17,119 nucleotides of DNA from Candidatus Thorarchaeota archaeon (GTDB lineage Archaea; Asgardarchaeota; Thorarchaeia; Thorarchaeales; Thorarchaeaceae). A program made the translations under genes and the position numbers. This document shows, piece by piece, positions 8,320 through 16,558 of the stretch. The stretch spans positions 1 through 17,119 of the forward strand of contig JAEORO010000082.1 in NCBI GenBank assembly GCA_016840855.1, read 5' to 3'. How positions within the stretch are numbered: position 1 is the first letter of the stretch; each line of letters opens with the position of its first letter. The notes beneath the pieces were generated by a model. The model was not told the origin of the DNA, ran no database searches, and saw only the letters and a list, made by a program, of their open reading frames with translations.

Positions 8320-8353
8320 TACTGACATCTGACTGTACCGACCTATGTCAGTG
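8320..8353. promoter_or_regulatory. Two overlapping degenerate copies of the 7190-7207 operator
   Basis: TACTGACATCTGACTGTA (8320-8337, 15/18 match) and TACCGACCTATGTCAGTG (8336-8353, 14/18 match) versus TACCGACATCTGTCGGTA. Confidence 0.7.
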
Positions 8354-8469
8354 CGTTTTTTAATAACGTAGGTCATCAGACGACGATCTGTAACGACTCC
8401 TGTCTTGCGTTTCTAGAAAAACAATTAATCATATTATGATCGTGAGCCCCAGCTTTTGGAGATAGATGG

Positions 8470-9393
8470 ATGAACAATAATCGGACTTCCAACCCATTCG
8501 TCATTGTCGATGATCCTAGTCAGGAAGAGATGGATATTATCAAGAGGGAACTGCAGGCTCACGACAGTCAATATCCATTTGGAGAGTTAGATGTTCCCTA
8601 CAACGATATCAATCGAGTCTTGAGAGATGATGATGGGAATATCTTGGGCGGTGTGATCACAAGCATGAAGACTGGTGTCATGCACTTGGAGGTTCTCTGG
8701 GTAGATGAGAGGTATAGAGGGTTGGGTTATGGCAGAGAGCTTGTCTTGGAAGCTGAGAGGATAGGTAGAGAAAAAGGGTATACAGCCGCACAGACTTGGA
8801 CTTTTTCATTCCAAGGACCGGAATTCTACCAAGCAATAGGATACAAAGTCATAGGAATTTGCAATGTCTATCCTGAAAACATTACAGAATACGTGCTCAT
8901 GAAGAGGCTAGATGAAAACTGGCAAATAGCTAATGGAGAGGTAAGGATTGACCAATCTGAAGATGCTATGAGGCTCAACCTTTCTGATGATAAATCAGAA
9001 GATGCTATGAAAATACTTAGTGAAGGGCTAGGTGGATATGTCACTGAGCAGGTCGGAGAACTGTTGAAGAAATACCCAGGAGTCAGAATTAAACTGGTTA
9101 TAAGAGATGATGATAACCAGGTCATTGGTGGTTTCAATGGGTTTACGGCTCTTGGAACTCTGCATATTGAGCAGATTTGGATTGATAAGAGATTTCGTAA
9201 TCAGGGATATGGAAGGCAACTTTTGATCAAGGCTGAAAGAATTGCAGCTGAGAGAGGTTCTGTTTCAGGACTGACTTGGGTGCTTTCATTTCAATCTCCT
9301 GAGTTCTTTCAAAAATGCGGCTATGAGATTTTTGGGATGTCTGATGGTTATCCAGAGCCCGTAAAGGAGTATTACTTTCAGAAACGCTTCTAA
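8470..9393 (+). CDS. Tandem double-domain GNAT N-acetyltransferase
   Basis: Two acetyl-CoA motif A copies (WVDERYRGLGYG; WIDKRFRNQGYG), each followed by SFQxPEF(Y/F)xxxGY. Confidence 0.9.
   Translation: MNNNRTSNPFVIVDDPSQEEMDIIKRELQAHDSQYPFGELDVPYNDINRVLRDDDGNILGGVITSMKTGVMHLEVLWVDERYRGLGYGRELVLEAERIGREKGYTAAQTWTFSFQGPEFYQAIGYKVIGICNVYPENITEYVLMKRLDENWQIANGEVRIDQSEDAMRLNLSDDKSEDAMKILSEGLGGYVTEQVGELLKKYPGVRIKLVIRDDDNQVIGGFNGFTALGTLHIEQIWIDKRFRNQGYGRQLLIKAERIAAERGSVSGLTWVLSFQSPEFFQKCGYEIFGMSDGYPEPVKEYYFQKRF
8954..9010 (+). repeat. In-frame 18-bp direct repeat with a 39-nt period at the GNAT domain junction
   Basis: AATCTGAAGATGCTATGA (8954-8971) and AATCAGAAGATGCTATGA (8993-9010); both encode SEDAM. 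Confidence 0.75.
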
Positions 9394-9509
9394 ATCTGTA
9401 GGCGTTTTTGGATAATCTGTTAAATAGCTGTTAGTAATCTAGACCTCTGAGTGGAATTGCTCTCATAGGTGTGCTTAATTTTCAGATCAATAGTTTGTGA
9501 TGATGGAGT

Positions 9510-10784
9510 GTGGTCCATATTTCTAAAAAGCTGACTTCCGAAGTTCGGAATAATGTCGTTGAGAAGACTATCGCGATAATTCGACAGCATTATGTGTTTC
9601 CTGAAATAGGCGTAAAAATCGTGGACTTCATTCAGGATAAATTTCATAGCGGAAAATATTCTGATTTGGATACAGCATCAGACTTCTGTTCAGCACTCAA
9701 TGAGGATTTGCATGAAGCCAGTCAAGATGGTCATTTAGTGATATTTTACTCTCCCGAAGTTGCGGCACGTTTGAGAGAAACAGTATCAGAAGAGGAGAAT
9801 ACAGACGAGTGGTTCGAAGAATATCACATAGACAACTATGGTCTTACTAAAGCAGAATACATGATTGGCAATGTGGGCTATTTGGACATCCGGATTTTCG
9901 CTCCACCTTCCTACGCAAAAGACGCAGCTATAAGCATGATGAATTACATCTCAAATTGTGACGCGCTGATTATTGATGTCCGGTATAATGGTGGTGGCGA
10001 TCCACATCTCGTTCAATTGATTGAGAGCTACTTCTTCGAAAAGCAACAAAAGCTACTTCTCAGCTTTTACCAGCGGAATTCGGACAGCCACGAACAGATT
10101 TACACAATTCCAGACTTGCCAGGAAAATATCTTCCTACAATACCCATCTATATTCTGACGAGCAAGAGGACTTTCTCTGGTGCAGAAGATTTCACATATA
10201 CCCTCAAACACCATGGACGTGCTCTTGTTGTTGGAGAACAAACAGGAGGCGGCGCTAACACGGTCGACGAAAGGGTTGTAGATGATGACTTCGTAGTAAA
10301 TATTCCATCAGGATATCCCACTCATCCTGAAACAAATTCAAATTGGGAAGGAACGGGAGTTATACCAGATATTGTTGTGCCGCATGATCAGGCACTGGGC
10401 GTTGCTCATGTTCATGCAATCAAGACTCTGATTGAAAGAACAGATAATGAAGAAACGGTTCGAAAGTTGAAGTACGAACTTGAAAGGGCAAAGGTCATCT
10501 ACACATCAATTGATGTGTCAGAAGAAACTCTCTCAAAATATGTAGGTACATACGGGAATTATCTTGTTGATTTGAGAAACTCTACTCTCAAAATCTTCCA
10601 CAAGACGAACAAAAGAATTCAGTGGAAACTGATACCACTGAGCAATGTTCTATTTGCAATTGAGAATCATGAAAATAATGTTCGATTTGATGTTGACGAG
10701 TCAGGTAAAGCAGTTGCACTTGTGTTTCTTCATTGGAGCCGAGATAGAGAAAACCCGATTAGAAGAATAAATGGCTGGACTTAA
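9510..10784 (+). CDS. S41 family peptidase (IRBP-like) with a C-terminal beta-rich extension (DUF3471-like)
   Basis: DGHL, GNVGYL, IIDVRYNGGG, TFSGAEDF (catalytic Ser), VGEQTGGG and WEGTGVIPDI. The tail has LSKYVGTYG. No obvious signal peptide. Confidence 0.88.
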   Translation: MVHISKKLTSEVRNNVVEKTIAIIRQHYVFPEIGVKIVDFIQDKFHSGKYSDLDTASDFCSALNEDLHEASQDGHLVIFYSPEVAARLRETVSEEENTDEWFEEYHIDNYGLTKAEYMIGNVGYLDIRIFAPPSYAKDAAISMMNYISNCDALIIDVRYNGGGDPHLVQLIESYFFEKQQKLLLSFYQRNSDSHEQIYTIPDLPGKYLPTIPIYILTSKRTFSGAEDFTYTLKHHGRALVVGEQTGGGANTVDERVVDDDFVVNIPSGYPTHPETNSNWEGTGVIPDIVVPHDQALGVAHVHAIKTLIERTDNEETVRKLKYELERAKVIYTSIDVSEETLSKYVGTYGNYLVDLRNSTLKIFHKTNKRIQWKLIPLSNVLFAIENHENNVRFDVDESGKAVALVFLHWSRDRENPIRRINGWT

Positions 10785-10793
10785 AGATTGAAC

Positions 10794-11555
10794 TTAGCTG
10801 TCACCCTTTTTACCAATTGGACAGACTTCCATACACCTTGCACATTCAATATAGCTGTTCTTTGATGGACGTAGGACTAGTTTCTTTTCCATCTCACGAA
10901 CGTGAGGGGAAACGTCTGATGAACATGGTGACTCAGCGGAGTAAGTCATGCATTTCTCGATTGTAATTGAGTACGGATCAAGCGCCTTTGTTGGGCAGGC
11001 TGTAACACAAAGATTGCAGTTTCCACAAAGATTGGCTGCAAAGGGTGCATCAATCTCTAGTTCTGCAGTAGTGAGTACTGAAATCAGATTCACTCTTGGC
11101 CCATGTCCCGGCGTGATTAATAACGTGCTCTTACCCTGACAGCCCAAGCCACAGTTGATTGCAGTGGTCTTCAGTGGAATTCTCAACGAGTACTTAGACT
11201 CGTAACCTTCTCTTCGAAGAAAATCGACAATCTCCCATGCTTTGTTCTTCATGATCTCATATGGGAGATAATAGCTCTCAAACTTCTCTTCAGGGGAGTG
11301 GAGACCATATCCGCGCCACTCTGGCGAGTCTACTGAGAGGCTGAATATTTTGTCCCAAGTATGGAATACAAGAAGTATGATGGATTTTACTCCAGGTAAC
11401 TCTTGAACAGGAGATTTTAGTGTTGTAACCTTGCCAACAGGTCCGTATGGTAGATCTTCAAGCATCTCCGGTTTAGATATACCAACTGATGCGAATCCAA
11501 CCTCTTGTGCTAGTTGTTTTAGATTCTCTGTCAGTGATGTCATTTTCATCGTCAC
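10794..11555 (-). CDS. Epoxyqueuosine reductase/reductive dehalogenase-like 2x[4Fe-4S] protein
   Basis: GFASVGI, KTTAINCGLGCQGKSTLLITPGHGP, CGNCNLCVTACP, KCMTY and CARCMEVCP. The start may be ATG 11549 or 11543. Confidence 0.8.
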   Translation of the reverse strand: MTMKMTSLTENLKQLAQEVGFASVGISKPEMLEDLPYGPVGKVTTLKSPVQELPGVKSIILLVFHTWDKIFSLSVDSPEWRGYGLHSPEEKFESYYLPYEIMKNKAWEIVDFLRREGYESKYSLRIPLKTTAINCGLGCQGKSTLLITPGHGPRVNLISVLTTAELEIDAPFAANLCGNCNLCVTACPTKALDPYSITIEKCMTYSAESPCSSDVSPHVREMEKKLVLRPSKNSYIECARCMEVCPIGKKGDS

Positions 11556-11836
11556 TTGATGATTTTTGTGTTAATTTTGAGATGAAGTAGGAATTCATTT
11601 AGTCCTATAGCCATCATATGACGGTAGTGTTTGTTCATAGATTACAACATCTCGCTTTGACAGCCATAAGTGGGTAAAGCACTTGAGTCTGTGTTTTTCA
11701 TAATAAATAGAAGAAAGAGAATCCATTGATAGAATGTTATCTGTTCTTGATACAAGTTATAAGGAAGATGAGTTAGGATTAGGCCGCAGTCAGTCCTTAG
11801 TTAATTTTCAAACTTCAATGGACGAGTGATTTCAAA

Positions 11837-12676
11837 ATGATTGTATCGAAGGAATCAGATTATAAAACAATGATTCTGTTTTTCGTTGTAAGTATTGTTA
11901 TAGTCATTTTATATCTGGGTATCTATTTAGCAGGAATAATTCAGTCAATAGAAGAGGTGAGTGGGGGACTAGTCCACCGCACATTGATTCTGAATTCATT
12001 ATTACTGGTGACTGCTGTTTATGGAATCTTGATTTTATATGGAAAACTTCAAGGAAGAGATATTGGACTTATTGTCAAGAAACTACCAATTGCTATTACT
12101 ATAGGCCTGATGACTTGGATTCTTGTTCAGATAATCGAGGGAATACTGGGATACGTTGAGGTGGGCAGTATTGAACTCAACCAACAATGGAATACAGAAA
12201 GTCTTGCTCTGATTGGTCTATTTATTGGAATGTTCTTTGGTACAGCTTTGTATGAAGAGGTTGGTTATAGGGGATTTTTCTTAATTCAGTTTAGTATGAA
12301 AATGCAAAGGGTGGTTGAAAATAGGTACCTGCAAATAATCATTGCCTTGGTAGTATCCCAAGCGCTCTTTACTATACTCCATATCCCTTGGAAAGTAATG
12401 AATCAAGGATGGACAATAATTGTCCTTCAAGAGCTTTTGTTCAGTGTGTTTGTGAATGGAGTCATATATGGTCTGCTATATTTGCGCACAGAGAACCTTT
12501 TCTTTGTCATGATTGTCCATGCCTTGGGAAATGCTCCAACCTCGTTGGTTAGTCCAGTGATAGAACCTTCTAACATATTGCTGTTAATCGCAATCATCTG
12601 GGCGGTGATCTGGCCTAAACTGGAAAGATGGGAGAAGAATAACACAACACACTCTGCTGCCAATAGTAACAATTGA
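11837..12676 (+). CDS. CPBP (type II CAAX/Abi) intramembrane glutamic endopeptidase
   Basis: Multiple TM helices with EExxxR (YEEVGYRG), FxxxH (FTILH) and HxxxN (HALGN). Confidence 0.9.
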   Translation: MIVSKESDYKTMILFFVVSIVIVILYLGIYLAGIIQSIEEVSGGLVHRTLILNSLLLVTAVYGILILYGKLQGRDIGLIVKKLPIAITIGLMTWILVQIIEGILGYVEVGSIELNQQWNTESLALIGLFIGMFFGTALYEEVGYRGFFLIQFSMKMQRVVENRYLQIIIALVVSQALFTILHIPWKVMNQGWTIIVLQELLFSVFVNGVIYGLLYLRTENLFFVMIVHALGNAPTSLVSPVIEPSNILLLIAIIWAVIWPKLERWEKNNTTHSAANSNN

Positions 12677-12748
12677 ACTGATGTTGATTATTCCCTACCT
12701 CGTAACAGAGTGGTTTGAATCTCAGAGATGATGAAAGAATTGAATTTC

Positions 12749-13222
12749 TTAGACAACTGTGGAAAGAAACGATCCCACAATGAAAGTTAGTAGAATAACA
12801 ATGATTGCAATTGAAAGATGCTCAAAGACAACTCGTAACACTTTTTCTTCTTGTGAACGAGCCAAAGAGATATTGAACAATGTCATGATCAAAAGGCCCC
12901 AGATTACATCTACCAAGACTGCAATATCAAGAGGCAAGAACCAAATTGGAATGACAAAAGTCAAGGCAAACAAAAACTTGGCTAAGAAGGTTGCTGCAGT
13001 GGCTTCCCAAATGTCTTTTCTTTCATGAACGCCTTCGGATTCTTCGGAAACATGCATAGCAACAGCATCAGAGAAAGCATCAGCAATAGCAATTGCTACA
13101 ATGGCTGCTATGACTGCAAGACGAGAGCTAGTGCTCGCATTCACACCGACAATCATTCCTAGGGTTGTGATAACTCCAGATGTGAGGCCAAAGCTAAGAC
13201 CTTTTTTGACTGATAGACTCAT
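12749..13222 (-). CDS. VIT1/CCC1 family metal transporter, short form
   Basis: FGLTSGVITTLG and IADAFSDAVAMHVSEESE, with five hydrophobic segments. Confidence 0.8.
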   Translation of the reverse strand: MSLSVKKGLSFGLTSGVITTLGMIVGVNASTSSRLAVIAAIVAIAIADAFSDAVAMHVSEESEGVHERKDIWEATAATFLAKFLFALTFVIPIWFLPLDIAVLVDVIWGLLIMTLFNISLARSQEEKVLRVVFEHLSIAIIVILLTFIVGSFLSTVV

Positions 13223-13350
13223 GAGCTACCAACAAGAGAGAGTTACCTTTAGATGTTTACCTGAGTACGAAATCAGATTGGAGTTAAGTTCAGAATAGAC
13301 AAGATTCGAAGCGAAACACCCAAGTTGATTTTAAAATAGAATGAAAAAGC

Positions 13351-13878
13351 ATGAGAAAGCAGAGTGTTAAACTAAAAGATGGAAGAGAAGTTGTGCTCAG
13401 ATTGCTTTTACTTGATGATAAGGAGCAACTATTGAGTATGGTCACTAGTTTATCAGCAGATGCGCTCATGTGGAGTAGTCCACCATATGATGAGGAGAAA
13501 GTTAACCGTTGGATGAGTGGAACAAAGAGTGGACTCTCCATCGTGGCGATTTTTAATAGTAGATTGGTAGGAATTGCAGCAGTCTATCAATTCCCACGTC
13601 CAAGACAGATAGGGATAGCAGAGATGATGATATACATCCATCAAGATTTTCATGGGGTTGGACTTGGAACAATGATGACTGAAAACCTCCTCGTTTTAGC
13701 TCGGAACAAAGGATTACACAGGATTGGTCTTGAAGTCGTTGAGGAAAATGGTGCTGCTGTGTGGTTATACAAGAAACTCGGTTTTGAGGTCGAGGGAATA
13801 TTGAAGGAGGCATACTACGGAGCTGATGGAAAGTACCATAATATGCTTGTAATGGGAATCCTGCTATCGAAAAATTAG
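13351..13878 (+). CDS. GNAT N-acetyltransferase (RimJ/RimL/YhhY-like)
   Basis: IHQDFHGVGLG motif A, RIGLEV..EN..A..LYKKLGFEVEG and GKYHNMLVMG. Confidence 0.9.
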   Translation: MRKQSVKLKDGREVVLRLLLLDDKEQLLSMVTSLSADALMWSSPPYDEEKVNRWMSGTKSGLSIVAIFNSRLVGIAAVYQFPRPRQIGIAEMMIYIHQDFHGVGLGTMMTENLLVLARNKGLHRIGLEVVEENGAAVWLYKKLGFEVEGILKEAYYGADGKYHNMLVMGILLSKN

Positions 13879-14019
13879 AGCTGTAAAATAGGATTTTAAG
13901 CTAGGAGAGAACTATGTCGCTCAATACCAGTATGACTTCGTAGTGTGTGTTCTTTCTGATAATGAGATTTATCTGTGAGAATCTAGTCATTTGATAAAGG
14001 ATTTGGGTGTGCGAGTCAG

Positions 14020-14994
14020 ATGATAAAGACAAAAGTGACTGAAATGTTGGGATGCAAATATCCGATTATAGCGGGGACCATGGCAAGAATTTCTAGTCCC
14101 GAGTTTGTTGCGGCGGCTAGTAACGCTGGTGCTTGTGCTGTATTGGCTAGTGCAAATTACAAGGCTCCTGAGGACCTGCGTGCTGCGATTCAAAAGACGC
14201 AGTCTCTCACAGATCAGCCATTTGCAGTAAACATCAATCTATTCCCCGCATTGATGCCTCAAGACAAGCTGGAAGACTATGTAGATGCCACATTAGCTGA
14301 GGGCGTAAAAATCATAGAAACAAGTGGGCACAAGGCTCCGGAAGATTTGGTTCCAAAATTCAAAGATGGAGGTGCCATCTGGATTCACAAATGTGCAGGA
14401 GTAAGATATGCACTAAAAGGTGCTTCTCTGGGTGCTGATATCATAACGGTTGTTGGATATGAGAATGGTGGAGCCACTGGGATTTTGGACATAGGAACGA
14501 TGGTCATGGCCCCATCTGTGGTTGATGCTCTAGATGTCCCTGTAATTGCTGGGGGTGGAGTATCAGATGGCAGGGGTGTTGCCGCAATCTTAGCTCTTGG
14601 TGCGGAGGGGGTGATTATGGGTACTAGATTACTGGCTACAAAGGAATGTCCCATTCATGACAATCTGAAACAAGCTTTTGTCGAGGCAAAAGAAACTGAT
14701 ACAGTTCTAGCTCTGCGTTCTGTCGGAAATACCCACAGACTGTGGAACAACAAAGCGGCGCAGCATGTACTTGAGTTGGAGGCTCAAAAAGCCGCCTTAT
14801 TTGAGCTCATCCAAGCTGCATCTGGAGACAAGGCAGAAAAGATGTACAGGGAAGGAGACATTGATCTTGGGGTGGTAGCCTGTGGCCAAGGTGTAGGCTT
14901 AATCAAGGACATTCTCAGTGTCAAGGAATTATTGGATAGAATAATGGTTGAAGCTGAAGAAATAATATCGAAACTCAATAAAATGTCCAATTAG
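14020..14994 (+). CDS. Nitronate monooxygenase / FabK-like FMN-dependent oxidoreductase
   Basis: KYPIIAGTM, AAASNAGA, PFAVNI, VGYENGG, PVIAGGGVSDGRG, GVIMGTR and CGQGVGLI. Confidence 0.88.
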   Translation: MIKTKVTEMLGCKYPIIAGTMARISSPEFVAAASNAGACAVLASANYKAPEDLRAAIQKTQSLTDQPFAVNINLFPALMPQDKLEDYVDATLAEGVKIIETSGHKAPEDLVPKFKDGGAIWIHKCAGVRYALKGASLGADIITVVGYENGGATGILDIGTMVMAPSVVDALDVPVIAGGGVSDGRGVAAILALGAEGVIMGTRLLATKECPIHDNLKQAFVEAKETDTVLALRSVGNTHRLWNNKAAQHVLELEAQKAALFELIQAASGDKAEKMYREGDIDLGVVACGQGVGLIKDILSVKELLDRIMVEAEEIISKLNKMSN

Positions 14995-15117
14995 TATCAT
15001 GACTATCTTCAGAGAATCAATCAGTTTCTTCTGTTAAGAGAGAGCGGATTATTACTGACTAAGAGAGATTTGCATGAAATGTTTTCAGTAACATATAGAA
15101 TGAAAGTAAGTTTGAAG

Positions 15118-15176
15118 AATGAGTTAAATACGAGTTGTGAAATGAGTGCTCAACCTATGGGAGGGTTTCTAACAAA
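15118..15176 (+). promoter_or_regulatory. BRE/TATA-like promoter and RBS of microprotein copy 2
   Basis: AATGAGTTAAATA (15118-15130) and GGAGGGTTTC (15160-15169), identical to the motifs of copy 1. Confidence 0.7.
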
Positions 15177-15404
15177 ATGAAGAAAGGCGTAGCAAAACCT
15201 CGCTTTGTAGGTCAGTTGATTATGGGTATTTTGGAAATTGTGATAATTTTTGCATTTATACCATATATCTATGAGCTTGGTGGTTCGCTAATCAGCGCAA
15301 GCGCATACGCGAATATGATAACGTGGGGTGTGCTAGCGTTCGTGGTCGTGCACGGCCTATGGCGCATCATCGATGCCTTCACAACAATGCGTCATGCAGA
15401 TTAG
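15177..15404 (+). CDS. 75-aa membrane microprotein, two predicted TM helices (copy 2)
   Basis: Paralogue of 6806..7033 with the same length and an identical NMITWGVLAFVVVHGLWRI block. Confidence 0.88.
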   Translation: MKKGVAKPRFVGQLIMGILEIVIIFAFIPYIYELGGSLISASAYANMITWGVLAFVVVHGLWRIIDAFTTMRHAD

Positions 15405-15430
15405 ATTATAGCCTAACAACATATTGATTG

Positions 15431-15460
15431 GGGGCGTCTCCGGGATGCCCCTGCTTCTTT
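15431..15460 (+). terminator. Hairpin plus pyrimidine tract after microprotein copy 2
   Basis: GGGGCGTC-TCCGG-GATGCCCC (one G-U pair) followed by TGCTTCTTT. Confidence 0.65.
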
Positions 15461-15576
15461 ATTAGAGGTTGATTCGCATCTCTACTACACTATTCTCTGA
15501 GTGATACTGTTTCCTACAATTCACAGAGCAGTTAGAATTAGATAGTGGGCAAGGATGGATTTGAACCAAATATAGG

Positions 15577-15930
15577 CTAGCAATGATCTAATTCATGACT
15601 TGATTTCTGTGATATCCTTCCTCTTGCATGGATTCCTTGATATATTATAAATATTAGAACGGTATTGAATAACAAAAAGATTGAGAGAATTGAAAAAGCA
15701 TAGGAGAAGAAACCAAATTCAGCTATCAATAATAGAGTAATCGGTCCCATCACTATCAACGCACAAGACCAATTCCATATTTCTCCTGCTTTCTGACAGT
15801 CCTCGCAACAATAGAGCTTAAACTCTCTTTTTCTCCAATCTGTTCCCTCAGTAGCTCCGCAATAATCACATTTTGCGTGATACTTCTGTCCCAATGCTAC
15901 CACTAATTTCTGATATTCATAGGACTTCAT
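15577..15930 (-). CDS. Small membrane protein with an N-terminal TRASH/MYM(FCS)-like zinc finger and two TM helices
   Basis: CDYC-x17-YCCEDC followed by two hydrophobic segments and a basic tail. Confidence 0.7.
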   Translation of the reverse strand: MKSYEYQKLVVALGQKYHAKCDYCGATEGTDWRKREFKLYCCEDCQKAGEIWNWSCALIVMGPITLLLIAEFGFFSYAFSILSIFLLFNTVLIFIIYQGIHARGRISQKSSHELDHC

Positions 15931-16074
15931 AAACTCTTGGAATCAACATTGTATCTTGAAGTAAACCGAGAGGAATGCCCATCTTCCTCACAAAATATTA
16001 GATTCCGAGTTTCAACCAAGTTAAAAATGCTTAGATGTTAATGGAGATTGTGACTATATCGAGGGATCATTTTG

Positions 16075-16509
16075 ATGAATTCCAGCAACCAACCATATAT
16101 TTCTCAAACAGTTAATGACGATGAGAAGAGATTTGTTTGTAAGAGCTTGTTTCAGTATAACGTCAATCAGACTGCATCATTATTACAAAAACCAGGGATT
16201 GATATCGAATTATTGTTAAAAAGTCCCAAGAATGAGGTGATTGGTGGAATTTTTTGTGAAACATTTCTCTATTGTTTGTACATAAACGAACTATGGATAG
16301 AAGAGAAGTATCGTGGTCTAGGATATGGTAAGATGCTAGTCACAGAAGCTGAGAGAGTAGCAAAGGAAAACGGGTGCACATTAGCGCATACAGCAACATT
16401 CAGCTTTCAATCACCAGAATTCTATCGAAAACTAGGATACAAGGAGTTCGGAGTAATTAATGACTATCCAGAGGGAATAGTAGAATATTTTCTGAAGAAA
16501 AAACTCTGA
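16075..16509 (+). CDS. Single-domain GNAT N-acetyltransferase, paralogue of both halves of 8470..9393
   Basis: LWIEEKYRGLGYG and TFSFQSPEFYRKLGY. ATG 16075 is preferred to TTG 16072. Confidence 0.9.
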   Translation: MNSSNQPYISQTVNDDEKRFVCKSLFQYNVNQTASLLQKPGIDIELLLKSPKNEVIGGIFCETFLYCLYINELWIEEKYRGLGYGKMLVTEAERVAKENGCTLAHTATFSFQSPEFYRKLGYKEFGVINDYPEGIVEYFLKKKL

Positions 16510-16558
16510 CTACTATTGGCGAGCCAAGAGAGATTGTAAAATCGCTAATGAAACGAAC

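Noticed and set aside
299-14990. Remaining short ORFs in the track nested in or antisense to the called genes
   Set aside because: Shadow frames with no motifs, overlapping well-supported CDSs.
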